The notes under the pieces were generated by a model that had not been told where the DNA came from, did no database searches, and saw nothing but the letters and a program-made list of their open reading frames with translations. From Rhizaria sp. SCN 62-66 (lineage: Eukaryota), in the NCBI GenBank assembly GCA_001724265.1, contig MEDY01000209.1, forward strand, positions 1-64,000: DNA of 64,000 bases, given 5' to 3'. A program made the translations under genes and the position numbers. This document shows positions 9,745 through 21,200 of the stretch, piece after piece (the first letter of the stretch is position 1; every line of letters starts with the position of its first letter).

Positions 9745-11735
9745 TCGACGCCGGCCGCATCGCCGGCCTCAACGTTATCCGCACCGTCAACGAACCCACC
9801 GCGGCGGCCATGGCGTACGGGCTGAACAAGAAGGCCGACGACGCCAAGATCCTCGTCTTCGACCTCGGCGGCGGCACCTTCGATGTGTCGATCCTGACGC
9901 TCGACGACGGCGTGTTCCAGGTAATGGCGACCTCCGGCGACACGCACCTCGGCGGCGAGGACTTTGATCAGCGCGTGATGAAGTGGATGCTGGACCGCAT
10001 CAAGGACAAGACCGGAAAGGACCTCAGCAAGAACAAGAGCGCCCTCGCACGGCTCCGTCGCGAGGCGGAGCGCGCCAAGCGCGCCCTGTCCAGCGACGTC
10101 AACACCAAGATCGAGGTCGAGGGCGTGCTTGACGGCGAGGACTGGTCTGACACCTTGTCGCGCGCCAAGTTCGAGGAGATCAACAAGGACCTCTTCGACA
10201 ACTGCCTCAAGCCCGTCGCTCAGGTACGAACGCAATTTGATATCAAAAGTCATAATGCTCTCTTTGATATCGACGAAGTTGTATTACTGTTTGAACAATG
10301 TGATATTGCTTGTTATTTATGTTTTACATCCAATGCTTTGCAATTCGTCGCTTATTGATGTCCGTATCTTTCCACTATAATTTATTTGCCGGTGCGTTTC
10401 ACGAGTACAGGCGCTCAAGGACGCCTCCGTCGAAAAGGACGAGATCGAGGAGATTGTGCTCGTCGGCGGCTCGACCCGCATTCCCTACGTCCAGACCATG
10501 CTCAGCAAGTTCTTCAACGGCAAGAAGCTCAACCACGAGGTCAACCCCGACGAGGCCGTGGCCGTTGGCGCCGCGCTGCAGGTACGCTTCAGCTCATTAT
10601 CGCTTAGAATAACACATTCAGAATAACACATTCTAATAACGCATTACTTGTGTGCGCACGCATTGTAAGTATGTTTGCTTGTGGTTGCGCGCACAATGAA
10701 TGGCTAATTGAATCTAACTTCCCTACTCTTGTCATATTTGTTTCCTTGTTGCTCTCGTCTGACTTTAGGCTGCGATCGTCGCCGGCCAGGCCCAGGATGA
10801 GGTTGCTGACTGGCTTCTGCTCGACGTTACGCCCCTTACTATTGGCCTTGAGCTTAGTGGTGGCGAGTACATGCGTTTCATTGAGCGTAACACCCCTGGT
10901 ACGTGCTTGCAGTATCTCATATCTGTTCGTCACTCAAAAGCTGTTTCTAGTGTCTCACCGAATTGTATTTCTATCTCGTGATATTTGGTTCGTTTTTGCC
11001 TTGATCTTAGTCCCCGTGACCAAGGTGCGCCACGTGACGACCGAGGACGACTATCAGGACTCGATTCCGATCCGCGTCTTCCAGGGCGAGCGCCCCAACG
11101 TGCGCGACAACGTGCTGCTGGGTGAGTTTGACCTCGAGGGCCTGCCGCCAGTCAAGCGCGGCATCCCCGAGGTCGAGGTCACGTTCGCGATTGACTCCAA
11201 CGGCATCTTGCACGTCTCGGCGGTCGACAAGGCGACGAAGTCGTCCGGCGCCGTTACCATCACGGCTGACCGCAACCGTCTGTCCGAGGCGGACATCAAG
11301 CGCATGATCAAGGACGTCGAGGTCAACGCCGAGAAGGACCGTCTGTGGCAGGCTGCGGTGGACGCGCGCCACGAGCTGGAGCACTACATCTACTCGCTCC
11401 GCAACGTTGTCGAGGGCGACTCCAAGGGCAAGAAGGCCGGCAAGGGCAAGGGCGACGACAAGGACGGCGATGCGAGCTCTCGTGTCACCGAGGCTCTCTC
11501 CAAGGGCGACATCCTGCGCGTCAAGAAGGCCATCCACGACGCCACGCAGTTCGTCGAGGCGGACCGCGGCGACGCTGCCGGCGGGCGCAGTGCGGAGGAG
11601 TACAAGGCCAAGCAGGAAGAGGTCGAGGCCATCTGTGGGCCCATCATGGCCAAGCTCTACGGCGGCAAGGGCGGCGACCGCGGCCGCGGTGACGACTACG
11701 AGGACGACTCTCGTGGCTACCACGACGAGCTCTAA
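9210..11735 (+). CDS. ER Hsp70 (BiP/GRP78-like, divergent); exons 9210-10223, 10411-10581, 10769-10898, 11011-11735
   Basis: Signal peptide [81 protein letters not shown]-terminal HDEL; three GTACG...AG introns that preserve frame. Confidence 0.96.
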
Positions 11736-12485
11736 GTCCTTTAAAGTTCTTGCTATGTAAATTAGCACGCATAAGAGACACTGTCGTGAAATGGCTTTAA
11801 CGGATTAAGTCTGACAAGTGTGCGTAGTTTGCGAGCAGTTAAATAATGCTACGAAATTCATCAGCAAAATATTAATCGAAATCTTGATATGTTTCGTGTT
11901 TCCGTCACTTCCGTCATCTATACTGCTCCTTCCAACCAACAAGGTGGAGATCGCGGATCTTTTGGCGCTCCTGCTCGGACAGGCGCGGCATTTCATTGTT
12001 TCGAAATCACACAGTTCCGATGGAAATCAAGTTTAATAAAATAGTTACCAAAGCTAATACCAAATTAAAGTTACAATACTCTATTTGAAATGCAACTTAA
12101 AGCAGTCATGTATCATTAATGTACATGTATCTCTTCAATGTCATCGGTCATTAACCTCGGTAAGCTGGTAGGGATCATCGTGACTGTGAGCAGGTGGCAT
12201 CTTGTAGTTCACGACTTTTTGTTCCACACATGTGCGGTAATGCACGTTTAAAACGCAACGTTGTGTCAAATCTAAAAATCAAGGTACTCTTCAATGTGTT
12301 CATCTTTCATTGACCTTCTGGAAATAGGGTCGGTCACTCCAAGATAAATGTAAGAACAGTGCACACTCTTGACGGTGTGATATTTTGATATGTATTCAAA
12401 CTAAAATATGACTGAATTAAAACGATAAACAAACAAGCGATACACAGACTATGATAGTTAGTTGTCGTATAAACTGAAACTTGCG

Positions 12486-14785
12486 TTAGTTGGCGTACGC
12501 CATGGTGACATAGAGCGCTAAGTCGGGGTGGCGCATCGTGCTGTAGACCCAGGACAGCGTGGCCGCGCCGGGCAACGACACGCCCTGCACGCGCACGTCG
12601 ACAACGCCGCCGCGCACTGCGCCACGCACTCCGTCACGCACTGCCTCATGTGGTGTGTTCGCGCTGGGAGGAATGGAGGCCATGACATCAGCAGCGACTT
12701 GGGCCCCCGGGGCCGCGGCGGCGACGAGGTCGGCCACAGTCAGCCACCGCACAGGGCCGCAAGTGCTGCTGCTGCTGGTGGTGACATCAACGGAGCCGGG
12801 GGTCGTGGTGACCGGAATTGTGAGAGGCACGCCTGGGAAGATAATGGACAGAAACAAAATTGAGCGAATATAGCAGAAGATGTGAGAAATCCTAGAAGTC
12901 GGAGAGTCGCGTACTACAACATATAGTAACGTCTGTGCAATGGAATTATTCCGTATTTAGAGCTCTTTCATGCGAGTATATCATGCGATGAATTACATCA
13001 TACATGAAACGCACCTGGCAAGAGACGGAACGTATGTGCCGCCGCCATCGAGTCCCAATTGCGCACAATCGCGCCGTCACTCGTCGTATTTGCGTTTTCC
13101 TGTCCGTCCGCACCCCCATTCGCAGCAGTCGCAGTCGCCGCAGCTGCGGGGGCCGCGGTGCCCGCGGCGGTGCCGTTGGGGAAGTTGAGGAAGAGCGCCC
13201 GCACAGGCACCTTGCTCCACAGCGCCGTGACCGCTCTCGCGGGGCACGGCGGGCACCCGGGCCCCGCCACCAGCCCGCCCGCGCCCGCGCCGCCGCCCGC
13301 GCCGCCGCTGCTGTTGCTGTTGGAGGCGGGGGCCGCGCCAGATGTCGCTTTGAGCGCCGCCGCCTGCGCTGCGGCGGCCGCGGCCGCTAGTGCCGAGGGC
13401 GGCAGAGTGCCCTCGTCGAAGGCGGCGGCCGCGGCGGCGGCGGCAGCCGCGGCGGCCTCTGCGTCAGCGGTCGCGCTCAGCTGCAGCGCGCTTGTGACGT
13501 TGCCATGCGCTGTTGCGTTGTTGTTTGCGGGGGAAAAGGGCGTGCCGTCGCCGAGGAAGTCGTTCAGAGACGTCGCGCCCTCGTCCTCGGGCCCCGCGCT
13601 AGCGCCGGCAGCCTTTGCATTCGCGCTCGCAGCGGCTGCGGCGGCGGCGGCGGCAGTGGGTGCAGCGGTTGTGTCGGTGCGATTACTATTGCTCGCCGCG
13701 CCGGTCGGCGGTGTAACTGTGAGCGCAAGGCCTGCAGCTGGTGTGGCAGCGGCAGCGTTGCTAGTCTGGCTCAAATTCGGCCGCCCCAGCTGCTGCGCGA
13801 GCCGACGCTGTAGGCGCGCGTTGCCGGTGGCGGCGAGGCGGTCGACGACTTCGCGCCACTCGAAGTAGCGCGCCGACGTGGCCGCGGAGTAGAGCGTGTC
13901 GGTGTCGTACACCGTGAGGCCCTGGATCGGGTCGGCCGAGTCAAAGCTGGGCCGGGGCAGGGGAGGAAACGAGACAAGTGGGAAGATGAAATCATAGTGA
14001 GAGTGATAGAACGAGTTGTGGTAAAGCATAAGAGAGAGCAAAGAAACGCATTAGAACACATAACAGGCTTGTATCCTCGAAACCTTTGAGCTGTTAACGT
14101 ACAGTATGGCGGATGCCTCCTTAGTAGAGTATAGAAACTGCGCCTTGGCGGCCTCCGCGGCCGTGGTCGCGTCGCTGGGCAGCGTCAGCAAGCCGGAGAA
14201 CTTGGGCGGGACCGCGGCGAAGCTCACGGTCACACGGGCCGGCAGCCGGCCCGCGCGTGTGTCGGCGACGGCGGAGGACGTGGCAAAGTCGCAGGCGTCC
14301 AGCGAGCGCATGTTCGGCAGCGCTGGTGAGGATGATGGCGAGGAGGACGACAAGGAGGCAGCGGTGGCAGCGGCGCTGGCGGCGGCGTCGGACGCCGCGA
14401 GGGCGTCGAGCACAGGCCCGACGGGCAGCCACCACTTCAGAACGTTGCCGTCGCGCGTCGAAAGCCAAAGGTCGTTGCGCGCGGAGGGCCCGGCAACAAG
14501 TGGGGCAAAGCGCGCGCGGAGAGCGGGGAAGAGCGAAGCCCAGGGCACGAGACGGGAGACCATCAGGACCATCGGCTCGGGCGGGGAGTCGTTCGCCACT
14601 TGGTCGCGGGCGAGCTCAAAAATCACTGGAACTTGCCCGCTATACAAGAAAATGGCAGGGAGTGAGTGGAAATTTGGTGTCAGTAAACATTGATCAAGGA
14701 ACAATCTGGTTTAAAAGAGGTAAAAGATTGGATAGGGAGAGAAGGATTCGTACCTCCAGAGCTCAAGAATCGCACCTGAATCCAT
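12486..14785 (-). CDS. ATG5: Autophagy protein ATG5 with low-complexity inserts; exons 14785-14754, 14639-14103, 13946-13015, 12832-12486
   Basis: MDSGAILELWSGQVPVIFEL; DLWLSTRDGNVLKWWLPVGPVLD; FLYSTKEASAIL (conjugation-Lys region); KVPVRALF; VQGVSLPGAATLSWVYSTMRHPDLALYV. Splice phases are consistent. Confidence 0.85.
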
Positions 14786-15589
14786 TGATAGTCGGTGCTT
14801 ACGTCCGTCAGGCGGGACGAGGTGTTTGAATCCAAAAGGACAACAACGCTTTCTATCAAATTGTTAAATTCCTTGCGAATAATATGTCACGGGCACGCGC
14901 TGGCACAACAAAATAAAAAGCAGTCAGCCCTTCATCTCGGTGAGAGGTCGGCTCGGTAACATCACATGTGGTCAGAACAAAAAATACGAGTTTACTCTGC
15001 ATATATCTGAGTCAGCTCTAAAAATAACTCGTCGTGATGCTGTCTAATATGCATTTCTACCTTGATATGCAAGCTGTGACTGAATAAAGTAGTGTTTTGG
15101 TGTATTTTTTGTTGTTTTTGTTAAATGTTTTCTAAAGATGACTAATAGACCGTGGCGTTGTCGTTCGAACGCACCACCACGACAGAATACATAATATTAT
15201 ATGGAACAGGTTTGTTGCCCGACAGCAGCGACGCAACGTACAGAACCAAGCCGAGAGCAAAACAGCCTCACTCACATGACACAGAGGCTTCTTAAACACT
15301 CTGCTCTCTCATAGTAACAAGCTGGTTACGCACGCACGCAGACGCTGCGCTATCGAGCAGTGTGCTCCGCAGCGGGCGCCCCCGGCGGCTGCAAACGGCA
15401 GACCGGGCGGGGGCTCGCGAGCTGTGGAGCGGGGGCGGGAAGGGGCGGTGCGTGGACAGAGCGGCCGCAGGCTTAGACTGCGGCAAGACCCTGAGACGCT
15501 TCAGCACCCTTCTGGGAAAACGAAACGCGGAAAAGTAGACGAAAAAGAGACAATTTGGGGAGCTCCAGCGAGCGCGCACGGCGGCGCGC

Positions 15590-16537
15590 TTACTTGCGCC
15601 ACCAAGCGATGGCCTGGTTGTAGAGGTTCATCTTCTTCTGGAGCTGGAAGATGCCGTACATGTAGGCCTCGGCCGTGGGGGGGCAGCCGGGGATGTAAAG
15701 GTCGATGGGCACGATGCGGTCGCAGCCGCGCACGACGGCGTACGAGTAGTGGTAGTAGCCACCGCCGTTGGCGCAGGAACCCATGGAGATGACCCACTTG
15801 GGCTCGGGCATCTGGTCGTAGACCTTGCGGAGCGCGGGCGCCATCTTGTTGGTCAGCGTGCCGGCGACGATCATGACGTCGGACTGACGAGGCGACGCAC
15901 GGAAAATGACACCGATACGGTCCTGGTCGTAACGGGAAGCACCGGCGTGCATCATTTCGACGGCGCAGCAGGCGAGACCGAAAGTAACAGGCCAGATGGA
16001 GGAGCGGCGGATGTACTGGAAGGCGCGGTCGACCTTGGTGAGGAGGTACTCGGCGCGGTTGTCCATGTCGTTGAGCTTGCGGTTGTCGAAGAAGTCGGTG
16101 ACGTTCGCATCTGTACACAGCGATGCAGGGAATCACAATAGCGAAAACAAATAAGACATAATGAGATCACGAGGTGGGAAATGCGAATGTAAAAGAAAAA
16201 GACGGAAATAATGAAAGCGGCGATGAGGCAGAAGCGTCAAAGTTGACGGGGCAAGACGGTGGCTACGAGCAGGTAGTGGGCGGGTAGCGAGGTAAGAAAA
16301 CGTACCGAGCTTGGCGACCTCGAAGGGCACAGACGCGTTGATGGGGGCCTTGAAGGACGAATTGGAGATGTCGACCTTGGGGATAGCCATGAGGGAGTCA
16401 GTCTTCATGCTCGAAGTGCTGGCAGCCTTGGCAGGAATGCTGATGGTGGGCGCCTGGATGAGGGGAGCCGACGCGGGGGCGAACTTCATCGCCACACCCG
16501 AGAGCTTCGAGAGCTTGCGCAAGGACCGAAGTGACAT
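15590..16537 (-). CDS. NDUFS7: Complex I Fe-S subunit PSST/NDUFS7 (NuoB homologue) with mitochondrial targeting peptide; exons 16537-16306, 16110-15590
   Basis: [84 protein letters not shown]; basic, Ser-rich presequence. Confidence 0.97.
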
Positions 16538-17159
16538 TGTGATAAACCCTAGTTGGGAATAAAACTATGGATGATGACACAGCCGACAAAAGACCCAAAA
16601 CTAAGTCACCAGATCAAACTTTCCTTTGCACGGCGGCTACTTTTACCGGGGACCCAAACCAAAATGCATTAGACTTTTTACGAACCGAGGCAACAGCCAA
16701 AGCTTCAAAAACGAACTACTGACCACTTCGAAAGCGGCGCTCAAACATCATGCATCGTCGTATAATGACCGCAAAATAGCTATTTGAGAGCGTACCTTGT
16801 TTTGCCGCCGTATTTTTGTCTTGATTTTCTGTTTATACTTCTGTGCGAGAGCACCAGAGTGCTCTGTAGACATCTTTCGGACAGCCCTACAGCACTCGAA
16901 CTTAGCAACGGTCGTATTTTGTCTTCCACGCAATCAAGAACCAACAAGAGAGTGGACGTTGTCTGCAACACTCAAGTGTGATATTTAAATACTATCTATG
17001 TCTCTCATATTACCGTACTTGTGCCGTGATGCGTCATATATCTTCCGTAACCCTCTCTCACTCATCTGCCTCCCGTCTACTTCGTTCAACAATGTCACAG
17101 CAACAACAAGTCTCCACCCTGCTCCAGGTTTGTTGTTTTTGCTGTCACATTAGCACACA

Positions 17160-17717
17160 ATGGGTCTGCTTCACATCTTGAAGAAGATCAAGCGCCAGGA
17201 GAAGGAGATGCGTCTCCTGATCCTGGGCCTCGACAACGCAGGCAAGACGACGATTCTGAAGAAGTTCAACGGCGAAGACATCAACGAGATTTCTCCCACG
17301 CTGGGGTTCAACATCAAGACGCTGGTGTACAAGACCTACACGCTTAACGTGTGGGACGTGGGTGGGCAGGTGACGATCCGGTCCTACTGGCGTAACTACT
17401 TCGAGAAGACGGACGGGCTCATCTGGGTGGTGGACTCGGCCGACGCGCGCCGCCTACTGCAGTGCAAGGAGGAACTGCACGCGCTGCTGGGCCAGGAGAA
17501 GCTCGCGGGCGCGTCGCTGCTCATCTTTGCCAACAAGCAGGACGTGCCGGGTGCGCTGACCCCCGAGGAGATCGCCGAGGTGCTCGAGCTGGACAAGATC
17601 AGCGAGAACAGGCACTGGCGCATCCAGTCGTGCTCGGCCGTCACAGGCGCAGGACTCGTGGACGGCATCGACTTTGTCGTCAGCGACATCGCCTCGCGCA
17701 TCTTCATGCTCGACTAA
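17160..17717 (+). CDS. ARL2: ADP-ribosylation factor-like GTPase 2
   Basis: [61 protein letters not shown]; single coding exon. Confidence 0.97.
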   Translation: MGLLHILKKIKRQEKEMRLLILGLDNAGKTTILKKFNGEDINEISPTLGFNIKTLVYKTYTLNVWDVGGQVTIRSYWRNYFEKTDGLIWVVDSADARRLLQCKEELHALLGQEKLAGASLLIFANKQDVPGALTPEEIAEVLELDKISENRHWRIQSCSAVTGAGLVDGIDFVVSDIASRIFMLD

Positions 17718-18283
17718 AAGATAGGGCGCAAGAAGGGTGAGGCTGAGGGGAAGAGCGGGCGCGCGGTGAGCGCGTTGTGCTGTCCAGCAGATTCAAGGTG
17801 ATGACTTGCTCTGTCGTGGGATATATCACGAACAGTGAAGATTATACTAGTGAAAATAGTTATATAGTATGTTCAAAAACAATAAACCGGTTGTTTACAG
17901 TCAAACTTTTTCCATATGTATTGTGAAATAAACCGAAATGTGTCTCAGCCACAAATCGTTTTTTCGCCGTGATGACGTAGAGCCGAGGGGCGAAAGTCAA
18001 CTCTACGGTGTTGCGAGAGCGGTCTGGGTCCGGAGAAAAACCGTATTGATGGAACGACCAACTTGGTCCGGAATCCCCGGGGATTTATTATAAGATACTA
18101 GACTTTCGATACATTCCGTACACGTTATCAAATGCATATTATGCAGGAGCGCAGACCCCTGCATTCAATGCCGGAAAATTGCTACCCCCTCTCCCCTCAT
18201 GCCACCATCCTCTCTTAACCGTTGTTTCCTGCTCTTGTCCGTCACTCCACACTTATATATCGCACACCGCAGAGTTCCTTGCT

Positions 18284-21200
18284 ATGTCAACGGCAGAGAA
18301 CGCGCCTTCTTCAGGCGATAAACCCACTGCGTCGCAGAGCGCTGCTGCTCCTGCGCCGCACGACGTTGACGCTCCCACCTCCACCGCCGCGCCGACGTCC
18401 ACCTCCGCGGCTGTCCCGGCGGTGAACGCGGCCGACATGCCCCGGAACGCTTCTTCGCTTGCTGCGCCTGAGGAGGTAGATGCGGAGGAAGAGCGTATCC
18501 AGAAGCTCATGCTCAAGTACCCGCGTCCCGCCTACTTCGACCAGGACGGCAACGATGATAACCCGGAGGAGCGCGCCAATATCTTCTCCATTTGGTCGCT
18601 CCAGTACCTCTCCGATGTCGTCAGTATCGGTTTCAACCGTCCCGTTATGATCTCGGACATGTGGAAGATCAGCAAGGAGCAGAACACCGCTAACGCTGCC
18701 CCTGCGCTCGAGGCGTTGTGGCTCGACAGGATCGCCAAGGCCGATGAAGAGAACATTGCTAAAGTACGGGAAACGACTCAACCTCATTAAAAAATCAATA
18801 TCCCAACCGATTCCTTGCAGTTTCTTTTACATCAACTGTATACCTACAATATTGTATTATTTATGTCTTCTAACTTCCTTATTTTCTCTGTGTATCTGCA
18901 TCTCCTCGACTCTGTTAACGCAGGGCTTCCCCCCGGTGAACCCCGACCTCAACAACCTCACGCCCGAGTCCCGCAGCACCCGCATGAACTCCATGGGCAG
19001 CCGCAGCGACGCTTCGCGCCCCGCTAGCGGCTCCATCTCCGGCACCGACAACGTCGGCGCTTCGACCTCAAACAGCACCCCCGGCGCGTCCACTGGTGGC
19101 GCCCCCGGCAGCGGTACGGACGGCGACAAGCCGCCCGAGCGCATCGAGCCGAGTCTGTTCAAGTCCTGCGTGGCGCTGATGACGTGGGACATGGGCAAGA
19201 TCTGTTTCCTCCAGGCCGGCATCCGCGTCGAGCAGATCTACGAGTCCGTCGTGCTCGGCTACCTCCTCTCGTGGCTTGCCACCGACTCGCCCGTCCCGGG
19301 CTTCGTCGAGGAGGAGTTCTACAAGGGCTTTATCTACGGCATTGGACTCGTGCTCATGTACGTCGGACAGAACGTGTGCAACAACCGCTCCTACTCGGTC
19401 GGCTTCCACGTCTTCTGCACCATCCGCTCAGCGCTCAACGGTATGATTTACACCAAGGCCATCAAGGTCGCTTCCGTGGACGCCGCCAACGACGCCGGGC
19501 AGCGCACCGGCGTTTCTGGCGGGCCCATGATGGGCGGTGGCGGCGCTGGTGCCGGCAACAGCGGTCAGATCGTGAACCTCATGTCCGTCGACAGTGAAAA
19601 GGTCGGCATGATGTTCTTCATGGGTCTCAACGTCGTCTTCATCCCTGCACAGCTCGCCGTCATCATCTATTTCATCTATGAACTCGTTGGTGTCGCCATT
19701 TTTGCCGGTCTCGGTGTGATCATGATCATTCTTCCCCTGATCTTCTTCATCATGCTCTTCATGGGGTACGTTAACACGTCGTCAACACGTCGCAATATCA
19801 CTATGAAACTTGACTTTTTTTTAGTAACAACTTATCTTATATCACCTTTCCTTTTGAAAGCAACGCATATGCGTATATGTCAACTTAATTTCTCATCATA
19901 TAACACATTTCTTACGTTCTGTTCGCGTACAGTCGTTTCATGGTGAAGCGTGCAATCTTGGGTGACTCTCGCGTCAAGCTCACCAACGAGCTGCTGCAGG
20001 GCATCCGCATTGTCAAGTTCTACGCCTGGGAGTTTTTCTTCGAGCGCCAAGTCGAGGCCATCCGCGCCAACGAAGTGCACGTGCTGTTCCAGACCTCGAT
20101 CGTGCAGATGATCATGACCTTTTTCTTCTCCATCGCGCCCGCACTCATCGCCGCCGTCACCTTCTCCGTGTTCGCCGCGCTTGAGGACGACATGAACCCC
20201 GTAATTGTGTTCCGCACGCTCGCCCTCATCAACTCGCTGCAGGCGCCGCTGATCCAGCTCCCGGCGTCGCTGGCCAACATCATGATGGGCATGATCTCCA
20301 TGGAGCGCATCCGCCAGTTCCTGCTGCTGCCCGAGCTGACCTCGATGCGTGCGCTCACCTCCTCGGGCCCGCGCGACGCCGCGCAGAAGGCCGAGATGGC
20401 GGCGCGCATCGCGGACCCCGCGGTGATGCTCCCGCTCGACGTGCGCTCGGGGCGCGTGACGCTCGCCGCCACCGATGCTGCCGCGGCGGCCGAGGCGGAG
20501 CGCCGCGCCAACCCCGAGCCTGGAGACCTGGTCGACGGCGCCGTGGCGCTGTCACGCGACTCAGAGAACGTGTTCGAGCTCGACGAGTGCGCCTTCTCTT
20601 GGGAGATCCCCTCGCTGCCCGCCGGCCCCTCGCGCGGCGGCCGCGGCGGCGGCGCTGCCGGTGGCCGCCGGCCCCCGCGCGGCGGGCTGGTCGGCATGGG
20701 CCGCGCCAAGCGCGTGCAGGTGCTCAACAACGTCACATTCCACGCGCCCCGCGGCAAGATCACCGCCATCGTCGGTCCCGTCGGCTGCGGCAAGTCCTCT
20801 CTCGTCGCCGGTCTGCTGGGCGAGCTGACCAAGCTGCGCGGCACTGTGCGCAAGGACTTTTCCATGTCGCTGGCGTACGTCTCGCAGTCGGCGTGGATCC
20901 AGACCATGTCTATCCAGCGCAACATCCTTTTCGACACGCCGCTCGACTCTGAGGACAAGCGCGAGCGCTATGAGCACACGATCGACGTCTGCGCGCTGCG
21001 CCCCGACCTTAAGACGCTTGATATGGGCGATATGACCGAGATCGGCGACCGCGGCATCAACCTATCCGGTGGCCAGAAGCAGCGTGTGTCGATTGCGCGC
21101 GCCGTGTACGCCGACGCCGACGTCGTCATCTTTGACGACCCGTTGTCGGCCGTCGACGCGCACGTCGCCGAGCAGATCTTCTCGCAGTGCATCGAGGGCG

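Noticed and set aside
9069-10253. Long antisense ORFs over BiP, and similar shadow ORFs over ABCC, VPS35L, PTP and others
   Set aside because: Expected by-product of GC3-rich codon usage; the sense strand carries the conserved motifs.
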